DNA from: a bacterium
GTDB taxonomy: Bacteria; Patescibacteriota; JABMPQ01; JBDRIV01
DNA length: 64,000 bases
Assembly (NCBI GenBank): GCA_043815505.1
Contig: JBDRIV010000002.1
Location: 438,943 to 502,942 of the forward strand
Reading direction: 5' to 3'
Positions 29,699-39,333 of this stretch are shown here, piece after piece. Positions within the stretch are counted from its first letter, which is position 1. The number at the start of each line of letters is the position of its first letter. Under the pieces are notes generated by a model. The model made no database searches. It saw only the letters and a list, made by a program, of their open reading frames with translations, and had not been told where the DNA came from. The position numbers and the translations under genes are program-made.

Positions 29699-29973
29699 TA
29701 GGCCAAATTATCCATATCAATATCACCCGATTTCATTTTATCCATCATGGTTTTGTTGATAGCATCACGGGCATCCTTGTAAGCGGCTACTAAACCTGTT
29801 TCAATTTTACTTTTGTTGGCTGGTTGTAGAAAACTTTCTGAAATTTCAATACCAGTAATATCCATTGTTCCGTTCATATGTAGTTTGATGTTTTCCTCGG
29901 CTGCCGTTCCGGTAACTTCTTCCTTGGACATAGAACTTTTAAGTTTTTGGAGTTGACGTAGTTTGTTAAACAT
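29698..29973 (-). CDS. ybaB: Nucleoid-associated protein YbaB/EbfC
   Basis: ~90 aa, MFNKLRQLQKLKSSMSKEEV... typical of YbaB. Sits upstream of recR as usual. Confidence 0.8.
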   Translation of the reverse strand: MFNKLRQLQKLKSSMSKEEVTGTAAEENIKLHMNGTMDITGIEISESFLQPANKSKIETGLVAAYKDARDAINKTMMDKMKSGDIDMDNLA

Positions 29974-31408
29974 TAGGTTTGTTTAATTGTGATTCTGGAG
30001 GAGAGGTTTTATTGCCACTCTCATATTTTTTATCTAGGTTTCTAAATGATACCAAATTATGATCAAAAAACAAATCAATTTTTCCCGTAGGACCATTGCG
30101 ATGTTTTTTGATGTGAATCTCGGCAATGTTTTTTCTGTCGGTTTCTGGTTTGTACATAACTTCACGATAAATAAACATAACCACATCAGCATCTTGCTCA
30201 ATAGAACCGGATTCACGTAAATCAGAAAGTTGAGGAATTTGGGAGGTTCTGGATTCAACAGCACGGGAAAGCTGAGAAAGAGCCAGTACGGGAATATTTA
30301 ATTCTCGGGCAATAGCTTTAATAGTTCTGGAAATTTGAGATATTTCTTGAACTCTATTTTCTGATCCTTTTGAAGAATAACCTTCAATTAACTGGAGATA
30401 ATCAATTATTAAAAACTCAATTTTATGTTCCATATGTAAACGTCTCGCTTTGGTACGAATTTCCATAATATTAGAAGCAGCCGTATCATCAATATAAATT
30501 GGAGCATCAGACAAAACTCCCATAGCTTCACCAATGGCAGGGAAGTCATCGGTACCTTCTCCGGTGGCTAAATTTCCGGTACGCATTTTCCACAAATCGA
30601 TACCAGCCTGAGAACAAAGCAAACGATCTACCAATTGTTCCTTAGACATTTCCAAACTGAATATTCCAACGGGAATCTTTTGATTAACTGCCACATTACG
30701 AGCCATGTCCAAAGCAAAACTGGTTTTTCCCATGGAAGGTCTAGCTGCCAGTACAACCATATCAGATTTCTGCAAACCCGCCAGTAAATTATCCAAGTCA
30801 TTATAACCAGTAGAAAGACCACGTAGTTTACCAGAATCCTTATGTAACTCATCAATTCTTTCAAAGGTTTCTGTTAGAACTTCTTTAATAGGAGTAAATC
30901 TTTGTCGCAATGATCTTGTAGAAACAGAAAATAATGATTGTTCAGCTTTATCAATAAGCTGGGAAACTTCTTCATCTTCATGATGAGCCAGTTCTGTTAT
31001 AGTTCCAGCCGATTTTAATAGACCACGCAGAATTGCTTTTTGTTCTACAATCTTAGCATAATGAACAACGTGAGCAGCGGTGGGAACAACGTTAGCTAAG
31101 GATGCCAAATAACTTCTTCCCCCAGCATCAGCTAATTGTTTTTTAGCCTCAAGTCTTTCGGCCATACTAACTATATCGATTGGTTGCTGATTTTCAAAAA
31201 GTTCAATCATAACAGAAAACAAAATACTATGCTCTCTTTTATAAAAATCTTCCGCCCGAATAATATCGGCTACGTCAATCATAGCCTCCTTATCAATTAA
31301 AAGAGCACCGAGGACTGATTGTTCTGCCTCGTTGCTGTAAGGAGGTAAGGATAGATCTGCTAAATTCGTTTTTACCTCCTCGGTTTTTATAAAGGGATTG
31401 TTGACCAT
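29966..31408 (-). CDS. dnaB: Replicative DNA helicase DnaB
   Basis: N-terminal DnaB domain (AEQSVLGALL), Walker A (ARPSMGKTSFALD), RecA-like core. Confidence 0.9.
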   Translation of the reverse strand: MVNNPFIKTEEVKTNLADLSLPPYSNEAEQSVLGALLIDKEAMIDVADIIRAEDFYKREHSILFSVMIELFENQQPIDIVSMAERLEAKKQLADAGGRSYLASLANVVPTAAHVVHYAKIVEQKAILRGLLKSAGTITELAHHEDEEVSQLIDKAEQSLFSVSTRSLRQRFTPIKEVLTETFERIDELHKDSGKLRGLSTGYNDLDNLLAGLQKSDMVVLAARPSMGKTSFALDMARNVAVNQKIPVGIFSLEMSKEQLVDRLLCSQAGIDLWKMRTGNLATGEGTDDFPAIGEAMGVLSDAPIYIDDTAASNIMEIRTKARRLHMEHKIEFLIIDYLQLIEGYSSKGSENRVQEISQISRTIKAIARELNIPVLALSQLSRAVESRTSQIPQLSDLRESGSIEQDADVVMFIYREVMYKPETDRKNIAEIHIKKHRNGPTGKIDLFFDHNLVSFRNLDKKYESGNKTSPPESQLNKPNV

Positions 31409-31492
31409 AAAAAAAGTATATAAATTAGTATATACACTTTAACACAATAAGGGATTATTTTCATCCGCAATCTCTCCACAAAATATGCACGT

Positions 31493-32911
31493 CTACTTTG
31501 GCGTTACTACTGGCCCTTTGACAGTATCTTTTAGATTATATCCCAGAGCTTCTATTTCTTTTCTTAATTTATCAGAAGCATCCCAATTTTTATTTTGGCG
31601 GGCTTGCTCTCTCTTTTTTGTTAACGCCAAAACTTTTTTGGGAACTTTTATATGTAAATAGGTTGTTAAATTCAGTCCCAAAATTTCATCAAATTTAATA
31701 ATGGAAGCTGCTTTGTCTTCCTTAGCACAATTGGATCTAAGCATATCCCACATCGTAGCAATAGCTTGAGGAGAATTTAAGTCATTGGCTAAAGCCTTAA
31801 AAAATTTATTTTCAAATTCCTTACAACCATTACCAGATTTACCGGCCACCTCTTTAATGTGACCTAATAAATTATCATAACCTGAACTGGCTGACCTCAA
31901 TTCTTTAATTGAAAAATTAAGAACAGAACGATAATGTCCACTTAAAATTAAATATTTATAGGCCAGGGGATTATAGCCATCTTTAGTAATGCTTTTTAAA
32001 GTTACAATATTTCCTTTTGACTTTCCCATGCGTGAAGATTCAATCAGTAAGTGTTCATTGTGTAACCAAAAAATTGCCAGCGGTTTATTAGTTAAAGATG
32101 AAATTTGGGCGATTTCATTGGTATGATGAGTATTAATGTGATCAATACCCCCAGTATGAATATCAATAGGACTAAAACCAGCAATATCAATTCTATTTTT
32201 AGAATAGGATTTTGTTAACTCTTTTAAAATAATAGCGACACATTCGGTATGCCAACCGGGGAAACCAACTCCCCAGGGACTATCCCATTCCATTTGTCTT
32301 TGCAAACCTTTAGGAGAAAATTTCCAGAGAGCAAAATCTGCTACATTTTTCTTTTCTTTATTAAAACTAACTCTAGCACCAGCTTTTAAATTGGCCATAT
32401 CGAGCTTAGCAAATTTGGGATAATCAGGATATTTAGATGTATCAAAATAGATTCCATCAGAGGTTTTATATGTAAAACCATGATCAGCAAGTGTTTCAAT
32501 TAGACTAATTTGTTCAGGTATGGTATCAGTGGCTTTAATCCATTTAGTATTTTTGCTTTTCAGAAAATGAATATTTAAAGCTGCCAAATCTTCCTTAAAA
32601 GATTTAGTATAAAAATTAGCAATTTCTTCAGCAGATTTGTTTTCTTTTTTAGCACTCATTTCAATCTTATCTTCCCCATCATCAGCATCGTTTGTTAAGT
32701 GACCGACATCGGTAATATTAATGATATGATTAGTCTGCTTACCAAAATAAAACAGAGTTCTAAGTAACAAATCAACAAAAATATAGGCTCGCAAATTTCC
32801 TAGATGAGCATAATTATATACAGTGGGACCACAAGAATACATAGTCACATTCTTTTCAGCTTTGAAGGTGGCTACTTTTTTAGTTGCAGTATTAAATAGT
32901 TTTATATCCAT
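31493..32911 (-). CDS. cysS: Cysteine--tRNA ligase
   Basis: Class I HIGH-like (YAHLGNLRAY), zinc-binding Cys (CGPT) and KMSKS-like (RMGKSKGN) motifs. Confidence 0.9.
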   Translation of the reverse strand: MDIKLFNTATKKVATFKAEKNVTMYSCGPTVYNYAHLGNLRAYIFVDLLLRTLFYFGKQTNHIINITDVGHLTNDADDGEDKIEMSAKKENKSAEEIANFYTKSFKEDLAALNIHFLKSKNTKWIKATDTIPEQISLIETLADHGFTYKTSDGIYFDTSKYPDYPKFAKLDMANLKAGARVSFNKEKKNVADFALWKFSPKGLQRQMEWDSPWGVGFPGWHTECVAIILKELTKSYSKNRIDIAGFSPIDIHTGGIDHINTHHTNEIAQISSLTNKPLAIFWLHNEHLLIESSRMGKSKGNIVTLKSITKDGYNPLAYKYLILSGHYRSVLNFSIKELRSASSGYDNLLGHIKEVAGKSGNGCKEFENKFFKALANDLNSPQAIATMWDMLRSNCAKEDKAASIIKFDEILGLNLTTYLHIKVPKKVLALTKKREQARQNKNWDASDKLRKEIEALGYNLKDTVKGPVVTPK

Positions 32912-32924
32912 AAATAGAGTTTAT

Positions 32925-32952
32925 AAAAAAACCCCCTTTCCGTCAAAGGGGG
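32925..32952 (-). terminator. Intrinsic terminator hairpin 13 nt upstream of cysS start (minus strand)
   Basis: On the minus strand: CCCCCTTT-gacgg-AAAGGGGG followed by TTTTTTT, a perfect 8-bp GC-rich stem. Confidence 0.5.
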
Positions 32953-32969
32953 AAATTGGAAATTACTTT

Positions 32970-33158
32970 TTATTGAATAAGTAATTCATACAGAAAAATA
33001 ACCACACAAGAAAATAAAGCGGCTACACTAATAATAATATAAACCCCAACATAGGTGGAAATATTTGGTTTTGTTAAAGTTTTAACTTTTAAAAAATTTA
33101 TATCTACTTTGTTATACAATTTAAAACTCTGATATTGCTTTTTAAGGAATGGGTTCAT
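32970..33158 (-). CDS. Possible small membrane protein (62 aa), hypothetical
   Basis: ORF with a C-terminal hydrophobic helix, ending just before the terminator. Overlaps the 3' end of the upstream ATPase gene by 17 nt. No recognisable family. Confidence 0.25.
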   Translation of the reverse strand: MNPFLKKQYQSFKLYNKVDINFLKVKTLTKPNISTYVGVYIIISVAALFSCVVIFLYELLIQ

Positions 33159-34068
33159 TAATCCAAGATTTTAATACTTTTCTAATATGTTTACTCTCAA
33201 CTTTTAATCTTATTTTGGAAGTGGTATTTTGATCTGAAAGTTTGACCATAGCACAAGCTTCATCAATTAAATCAATGGCTTTATCAGGAAGAAAGCGATT
33301 TTTAATTTTATTAGAAGCTAGATCAACCGCAGTTTTTAAAGCATCATCAGATATAATTACTTTGTGATGATCTTCATAGATTATTTTAAGTCCTTTCAAA
33401 ATACTGATTGTTTCCTCAGGAGTAGGTTCTTTTACAATTAATGGCTGAAAACGTCTTTCCAAAGTCATATCTTTTCTAATCTTATTTTCATATTCATCGG
33501 GAGTGGTTGCACCAATGGCTTGTAATTCTCCTCTAGCTAAAGGTGGTTTTAAAATATCGTCAGCATCAATGGCACCTTCTGCTCCACCAGCACCACTTAG
33601 GGTGTGAACTTCGTCAATAAACAAAATTATTTTTCTTTCTTCACGGCCTATTTCATCCATAATTCCGCGGACACGTTTTTCAAATTCACCGCGATATCTG
33701 GTATCAGCCACAAGGCCTCCTAAATCTAAGGCTAAAACTCTTTTATCTTTTAAAGCCTCTGGCACACCAGCTCGACAAATACGATCTGCCAATCCTTCTA
33801 CAATAGCAGTTTTTCCTACACCGGGAGCACCAATTAGAATGACATTATTTTTAGTACGACGAGACAAAATTTGAATTACTCTTTCAATTTCTTTGTCACG
33901 TCCAATTACAGGATCCAATTTGTTTTCTTTGGCCAAGGTTGTTAAATCACGAGAGTATTGGTCAAGTATAGGAGTTCCTGAGGGGGTATAGAATTTTCGA
34001 TAAACAAAAATAATTGCTATAAAAGCAAACATAAAAGCAAGCCCAATAATTAAATAAAGATTATCCAT
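33142..34068 (-). CDS. Membrane-anchored AAA+ ATPase resembling only the first nucleotide-binding domain (D1) of ClpB/ClpC
   Basis: N-terminal TM helix, then ClpB-D1-like sequence ([43 protein letters not shown]; Walker [11 protein letters not shown]; sensor [12 protein letters not shown]). Ends where the Clp M-domain would begin. No D2. Confidence 0.6.
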   Translation of the reverse strand: MDNLYLIIGLAFMFAFIAIIFVYRKFYTPSGTPILDQYSRDLTTLAKENKLDPVIGRDKEIERVIQILSRRTKNNVILIGAPGVGKTAIVEGLADRICRAGVPEALKDKRVLALDLGGLVADTRYRGEFEKRVRGIMDEIGREERKIILFIDEVHTLSGAGGAEGAIDADDILKPPLARGELQAIGATTPDEYENKIRKDMTLERRFQPLIVKEPTPEETISILKGLKIIYEDHHKVIISDDALKTAVDLASNKIKNRFLPDKAIDLIDEACAMVKLSDQNTTSKIRLKVESKHIRKVLKSWINEPIP

Positions 34069-34982
34069 TAAAAATATTTCTTAAGTTTGAAAAATATTAA
34101 AGTTACTATAGTTATTATAGCCATAAATCCTAGAAGTATCCAGAGACTAGAATTTCCAAACAAGGATTCAATATTTTCCATGTTAACACCAAAGAATCCA
34201 GCTATTAAAGATAGAGGAAGAAGAATAACAGAAATCACCGTTAGGGTTTTCATGCGGTCAGCTAAGCTATGGGACATTAAAGATTCGTTGGTTTCATGAA
34301 GAGCTTTTAAAGTTTCATAGTGATTTTCCAAAACTGAAGTTACTCTATCTATCTCGGCTTTAAAATCTCGTAAAAATATTTTTAGTTCTCGAGAAAAGAA
34401 ATAGTGATTGATATTAAGTAATGAATCAGAAAATTCTTTCATCGGACCCATAACTTTTCGTAAATCAATAATATTGCGCAGAACAATAGAAATTTCCTCT
34501 ACCATTTTCTTCTCTTCTCCCTTGAAAATATTTTCTTCAATATCATCAATATCTTCACTGATATGATCAAGAATAGGTAAGTAAGATTTTATTAGATGAT
34601 TTAGAATGGAATAAAATAAAAACTGCGGTGATTTCATAAAATTATCACGAGCAGTCTGGTGTTTATTAATATTTTCTAAAAATGATAGATAAGAAGTAAT
34701 ATGGCCGGAGTGAACAGTAACAACAAAATCATTGGCCACAAAAATTTCAATCTCCTCAATAGCAAATTGTTTTATTTTTCTTTGGTAAATAGGGACCCGA
34801 ATGGTAGCGAAAACATAGTTTTCGAAACGCTCAACTTTTGAACGCTGATTAGTCGTTAGGCAATCCTCAATATTTAAAGGATGAAACTTGAATTTTGAAG
34901 CAAAAGCCGTGAATTCCTCCCGATTGGGACTGGCTATATCATACCAAGTAAAATTTTTGTTATTTGTTTTAATATAACGCAT
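34068..34982 (-). CDS. corA: CorA-family Mg2+/Co2+ transporter (GVN variant of the GMN motif)
   Basis: Cytoplasmic N-domain plus two C-terminal TMs, with the signature loop as FFGVNMEN. Confidence 0.75.
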   Translation of the reverse strand: MRYIKTNNKNFTWYDIASPNREEFTAFASKFKFHPLNIEDCLTTNQRSKVERFENYVFATIRVPIYQRKIKQFAIEEIEIFVANDFVVTVHSGHITSYLSFLENINKHQTARDNFMKSPQFLFYSILNHLIKSYLPILDHISEDIDDIEENIFKGEEKKMVEEISIVLRNIIDLRKVMGPMKEFSDSLLNINHYFFSRELKIFLRDFKAEIDRVTSVLENHYETLKALHETNESLMSHSLADRMKTLTVISVILLPLSLIAGFFGVNMENIESLFGNSSLWILLGFMAIITIVTLIFFKLKKYF

Positions 34983-35061
34983 AAATGCGTATAGATAATA
35001 TCGTTATAATTGTAACATATTTAGTAATAATAGTCAATATAGGGGAATGAAGCCTTAAATT

Positions 35062-35090
35062 TTGACTTATCCAATAATTTGTGATAATAT
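35062..35090 (+). promoter_or_regulatory. Near-consensus sigma70 promoter
   Basis: TTGACT (35062-35067), 17 nt, TAATAT (35085-35090). Coincides with the TTG 'start' of the longest ORF, so the real start is probably ATG 35116. Confidence 0.45.
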
Positions 35091-35115
35091 AAAAATCGAT
35101 TTTAATGAATATTTC

Positions 35116-35541
35116 ATGGATAATAAAAACAAAAATATTAGGAAATTTGGAGAAAAAGAAGCTTCAAGCCAAGAAGCTGGAGCAGAACAACCAGAGAATA
35201 AAAAAGAGATTTTTCCTAAACAAAATGAACAGGTTGAAAGCGGCATAGAGGAAGTAAGAGAAACAGAAGTTGAAAAGGAACAGAAACAAATAATTGATGA
35301 AAAATCAGATCAGGGTGAACGAGACACTAAAAAAGTCAAACCGATTCCGCAAAATCAAATAAATATTGCGCAACAAAATTTACAGCAGTTGGTTAATATT
35401 GCTTTTACCAAAGGAATTGATGAGGCCATTGATCAGGCAAAGAAAACTGATGATCCATACTTAATTGATGAATTACATGATACTTTGGTTTCTGAACTGT
35501 ACGATAAACTAATTGAAGCAGGAAAACTAAAAAAAGATTAA
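35116..35541 (+). CDS. Acidic Glu/Lys-rich hypothetical protein (start trimmed to ATG downstream of promoter)
   Basis: MDNKNKNIRKFGEKEASSQEAGAEQPENKKE... is low-complexity and acidic. C-terminal helical segment DPYLIDELHDTLVSELYDKLIEAGKLKK. Confidence 0.4.
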   Translation: MDNKNKNIRKFGEKEASSQEAGAEQPENKKEIFPKQNEQVESGIEEVRETEVEKEQKQIIDEKSDQGERDTKKVKPIPQNQINIAQQNLQQLVNIAFTKGIDEAIDQAKKTDDPYLIDELHDTLVSELYDKLIEAGKLKKD

Positions 35542-35557
35542 AATTAAAAACAAAAAG

Positions 35558-38113
35558 TTGATTTTATTTGTTGCAGTCCCGCTAAATGAGACTGATAAAA
35601 TTGTAGCCACTACCACACCAATAGAAAATTCTGATAACTGGTGGGTTGTTAGTTTGATTATATTTATATTGCTGATAATAATTACCGTTGCAATTGTTAT
35701 TTTTTTTACTAGAAAAAGAAGGTTACTACCAAGATCACTTAATATGGTAACTTTACTAATTAAGGTTCCTCGGGGTAGAAGAAAACCCAACGAGCAGGAA
35801 GAGGAAGCACAAAAAGAAGAAAAGGACATCGTTGCAGTTTCCGAACACATGTTTGCCACCTTGGCTTCCATTAGAAAAAAGGAAAATAGTTTGCATAAAT
35901 TATTCTTTGGCAAAGATGTAATATCTTTTGAAATTGCTAATGTGGGTGGTAGTATTTATTATTTTGTTTCTGCCCCCAGAACAATTATAAATTTTGTGCA
36001 CGATTCCATTGTGGCTGATTTTCAGAAAGCCGAAGTAGAAATTATTCAAGATTATAATATGTTTGTTCCGGGTGCTAAATATTCAGGTGCTGCTTTAAAA
36101 TTAGCAAAAAAGAACTACCTCCCTTTCAAAACTTATCAAAATATGGAAAGTGATCCTTTAACAAATATAACTTCAGCCATGAGCAGAATTACAGCCAATG
36201 AAGGATCAGCCTTGCAAGTTGTTTTAAAAGAAATTAATAAATCATGGCGTCGAAAAGGTATGAAAATTGCCAGAGAAATGCAACAGGGAAAATCAATTGG
36301 TGAAGCCAGAAAATCTAAATTCATTTCCGATTTTAAGAAAACAGGGAGCAATTCTTTTAAAAATAAAAATCAGAATAACAGACAAATGAATGATTATCTG
36401 GAAGAAAAAAGGCTAACACCAATGCAAGAAGAAACAATTAAATTAATTGAAGGCAAAGGAAATAAAACTGCCTTTGCCGCTAACATCAGAATTTTAGCTT
36501 CAGCAGAAACTAAAGAAAAAGCTGATCAAAATTTAAACGATTTACTAAGTACTTTTAATCAGTACGATTCGCCAGAATATAATAATCTGGTTAGAGCGGG
36601 TGCAATACAAAAGAAATTACTTTATAATTTTGTTTTTCGCCATTTTAATAGCAAACATAAATCAATACTAAGTACCGAAGAATTAGCTAGCTTATATCAT
36701 TTTCCAACAAAATTTACTGAAACACCAAACATTAAATGGTTGGAAGCAAAAACTGCCCCACCACCGGAAAATATTCCCTCCGAAGGAACGCTGATAGGTC
36801 GTAATAAATTTCGGGGTAAAGAAACAAATGTTTTTATTCGCCGGGAAGACAGAAGGCGACACATGTATATTATTGGACAAACTGGTGTGGGTAAATCGGT
36901 CTTACAAATGAATATGGCCATTCAGGATATTAGAAATGGTGAAGGTGTTTGCGTGGTTGATCCGCATGGGGATTTAATAGAAGGAATTTTAAGTAATATT
37001 CCCGATTCAAGAAAAAATGATGTGGTAGTATTTAACCCAGCTGATGTTGATCGTCCAGTTGGTTTGAATATGTTGGAATATAAAAATGAAGAGCAAAAAG
37101 ATTTTGTGGTGCAAGAAATGATAGCCATTTTCTACAAATTGTTTCCACCGGAAATGGTTGGGCCTATGTTTGAACACAACATGAGAAACGTGATGTTAAC
37201 TTTGATGGAAGATACAGAAACTCCTGGAACTATTACAGAAATTCCGCGCATGTTTACCGATCAGGAATATCAAAAATTTAAATTGAGAAAAGTTAAAGAT
37301 CCAGTGGTACGTCAGTTTTGGGAAAAAGAAATGTCCCAAACATCTGATTTTCATAAATCGGAAATGCTAGGTTATTTAATTTCAAAAGTCGGTCGCTTTG
37401 TAGAAAACGGTATGATGAGAAATATTATTGGTCAAAAGAAAAGCGGTTTTGATTTGAAAGATATTATGGATAACCAAAAAATTCTGCTGGTTAATTTATC
37501 GAAAGGAAAAATTGGCGAAATGAATTCCAGCTTATTAGGTTTAATAATTGTTTCTAAAATTCAAATGGCTGCCATGAGTAGAGCCAGTCTGCCTGAAGAT
37601 CAAAGAAAAGATTTCTATTTGTACATCGATGAGTTTCAAAATTATACAACTGATAGTATTGCCACCATTCTTTCCGAAGCTAGAAAGTATCGTTTAAATT
37701 TAATAATTGCTCATCAGTATATATCTCAGCTGATTAAAGACAACAACGACACCAGTATAAGAGATGCAGTTTTTGGAAATGTTGGTACAATTTGTGCTTT
37801 CAGAATTGGTGTGGACGATGCTGAAATTATGGCGAAACAATTTGAACCGGTTTTTGATGATAATGATGTCATCAATGTTGATAAGCATCATGCTTTTGTA
37901 AGATTAATGATAAATAATACCGCCAGCAACGCTTTCAGTATGGACACTTTTCCACCGTATGAGTCACAGGACGAAAAATGTGCTGAAGATATTAAGAATA
38001 TTTCTCGTCTGAAATATGGTGTCAGCCGTTCGGAAGTAGAACAGGATATATTGGACCGAAGCAAATTTGGTGATCAATCATCAAGACAGAATTTTAATGA
38101 ACCAACACTCTAA
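35558..38113 (+). CDS. Membrane-anchored VirD4/TraG/TraD-like (type IV coupling protein family, AAA_10/DUF87-like) ATPase
   Basis: N-terminal TM, ~400-aa non-conserved region, then Walker A (YIIGQTGVGKS), CVVDPHGDL, Walker B (FYLYIDEFQNY) and LIIAHQYISQL sensor. This organisation matches TrwB/VirD4-type hexameric translocases. Confidence 0.55.
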   Translation: MILFVAVPLNETDKIVATTTPIENSDNWWVVSLIIFILLIIITVAIVIFFTRKRRLLPRSLNMVTLLIKVPRGRRKPNEQEEEAQKEEKDIVAVSEHMFATLASIRKKENSLHKLFFGKDVISFEIANVGGSIYYFVSAPRTIINFVHDSIVADFQKAEVEIIQDYNMFVPGAKYSGAALKLAKKNYLPFKTYQNMESDPLTNITSAMSRITANEGSALQVVLKEINKSWRRKGMKIAREMQQGKSIGEARKSKFISDFKKTGSNSFKNKNQNNRQMNDYLEEKRLTPMQEETIKLIEGKGNKTAFAANIRILASAETKEKADQNLNDLLSTFNQYDSPEYNNLVRAGAIQKKLLYNFVFRHFNSKHKSILSTEELASLYHFPTKFTETPNIKWLEAKTAPPPENIPSEGTLIGRNKFRGKETNVFIRREDRRRHMYIIGQTGVGKSVLQMNMAIQDIRNGEGVCVVDPHGDLIEGILSNIPDSRKNDVVVFNPADVDRPVGLNMLEYKNEEQKDFVVQEMIAIFYKLFPPEMVGPMFEHNMRNVMLTLMEDTETPGTITEIPRMFTDQEYQKFKLRKVKDPVVRQFWEKEMSQTSDFHKSEMLGYLISKVGRFVENGMMRNIIGQKKSGFDLKDIMDNQKILLVNLSKGKIGEMNSSLLGLIIVSKIQMAAMSRASLPEDQRKDFYLYIDEFQNYTTDSIATILSEARKYRLNLIIAHQYISQLIKDNNDTSIRDAVFGNVGTICAFRIGVDDAEIMAKQFEPVFDDNDVINVDKHHAFVRLMINNTASNAFSMDTFPPYESQDEKCAEDIKNISRLKYGVSRSEVEQDILDRSKFGDQSSRQNFNEPTL

Positions 38114-38182
38114 CTTGACTGATTTCAGGTGTATGATATAATTTTTGTACTAAACCCCATTTTAAAAAAATAAACAAACAAA

Positions 38183-38842
38183 ATGCCTAAACAAAAAGAG
38201 GATGAGGCTAAAGACACTTCTTTGCCAGAAGAAGGCTTAAGTCTCCTAAAACAATACATAAAAAGCGCTGAAGCTAGTTTAACATCAGCCAATAAAGTCT
38301 TAACAGATTTAGGAGCTGGAGAAATTGAGTTTACTGATGATATAAAAGAGAGAGCTAAGTCTTTGGCCACAACCGATGTCCCCGACGGGAAAATTGTCGA
38401 GGGCGTTTTTGATGGTCAAAATATGATTGGCCCCGATGGCAAGCAATATCCCGTGCCAGCTAACTATGCTAGTAAATCAAAATTAGTAGAAGGTGACATT
38501 TTGAAACTAACAATCGCCGAGGACGGTTCATTTATTTTTAAACAAATAGGACCAGTAGATAGAAAGAAAGCTATTGGAAAAGTTTCTAAGGGAGATACAG
38601 GAGAATATCAAATAAAAGTTGGTAGTAAAATTTACAAGGTTTTAATGGCGTCGTTAACATATTTTCGGGCTGAACCAGGTGACGAAGTTACAGCTATTAT
38701 TCCTAAATCGAGAAATGCCAAATGGGCAGCCATTGAAAATGTAATAAAGAAAACAGGAAATTTAGCTGAAGATGAAGATATTGATGATTTTGATAACGAA
38801 GACGAAGAAGAGGAAGAAAATGACGACGAAATATTAGTTTAA
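38183..38842 (+). CDS. Hypothetical protein with poly-acidic C-terminal tail
   Basis: 219 aa. Body is beta-rich (GKIVEGVFDGQNMIGPDGKQYPVPANY...). Terminal EDEDIDDFDNEDEEEEENDDEILV resembles acidic partner-binding tails such as the SSB C-terminus. Confidence 0.4.
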   Translation: MPKQKEDEAKDTSLPEEGLSLLKQYIKSAEASLTSANKVLTDLGAGEIEFTDDIKERAKSLATTDVPDGKIVEGVFDGQNMIGPDGKQYPVPANYASKSKLVEGDILKLTIAEDGSFIFKQIGPVDRKKAIGKVSKGDTGEYQIKVGSKIYKVLMASLTYFRAEPGDEVTAIIPKSRNAKWAAIENVIKKTGNLAEDEDIDDFDNEDEEEEENDDEILV

Positions 38843-38901
38843 TGTAATTAACTTGCCAGAAGCCCCTGCCCGCATGAATTTGCGGTCAGGTTTTAATTTA
38901 A

Positions 38902-39333
38902 ATGAATAGACACTTATTACAATTTGTTCGCTTCTCAATTATTGGCCTAATCGGATTTGTCATAGATTTTGGGACATATACTTTATTAACACGAGTTTTT
39001 GGGACAGCAGAACTACCAGCTAATATTACCAGCGTTTTCCTAGCCATTATTTTCAATTTTATAGGGAATAGATATTGGGTATTTAGTTTAAGAGGTAATA
39101 GTGGTTTAACTGGCCAAACAATTAAATATGCCATAGTTAGTGGGGCCGGATATATAGTTCAGCAGCTCATTTTTATACTATTACTTCGAAGTAATGGGTT
39201 TGCAGACCTAGTTCCATTCTTCACAGATTATGCAGCTAAAATAGTTGCAATTTTGATTGTGATGTTTAATAATTACTTTGCCAACAAATTCTGGACTTTT
39301 AGAGTAAAAGAAGAGAAAAATGAACAAGAATAA
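38902..39333 (+). CDS. GtrA-family membrane protein (polysaccharide/glycolipid synthesis accessory)
   Basis: Four TM helices and the GtrA pattern (FVRFSIIGLIGFVIDFGTY...NFIGNRYWVF). Confidence 0.7.
   Translation: MNRHLLQFVRFSIIGLIGFVIDFGTYTLLTRVFGTAELPANITSVFLAIIFNFIGNRYWVFSLRGNSGLTGQTIKYAIVSGAGYIVQQLIFILLLRSNGFADLVPFFTDYAAKIVAILIVMFNNYFANKFWTFRVKEEKNEQE

Noticed and set aside
35062-35115. TTG start at 35062 for the acidic protein
   Set aside because: It coincides with a near-consensus -35/-10 promoter pair. The downstream ATG at 35116 is the more plausible start.
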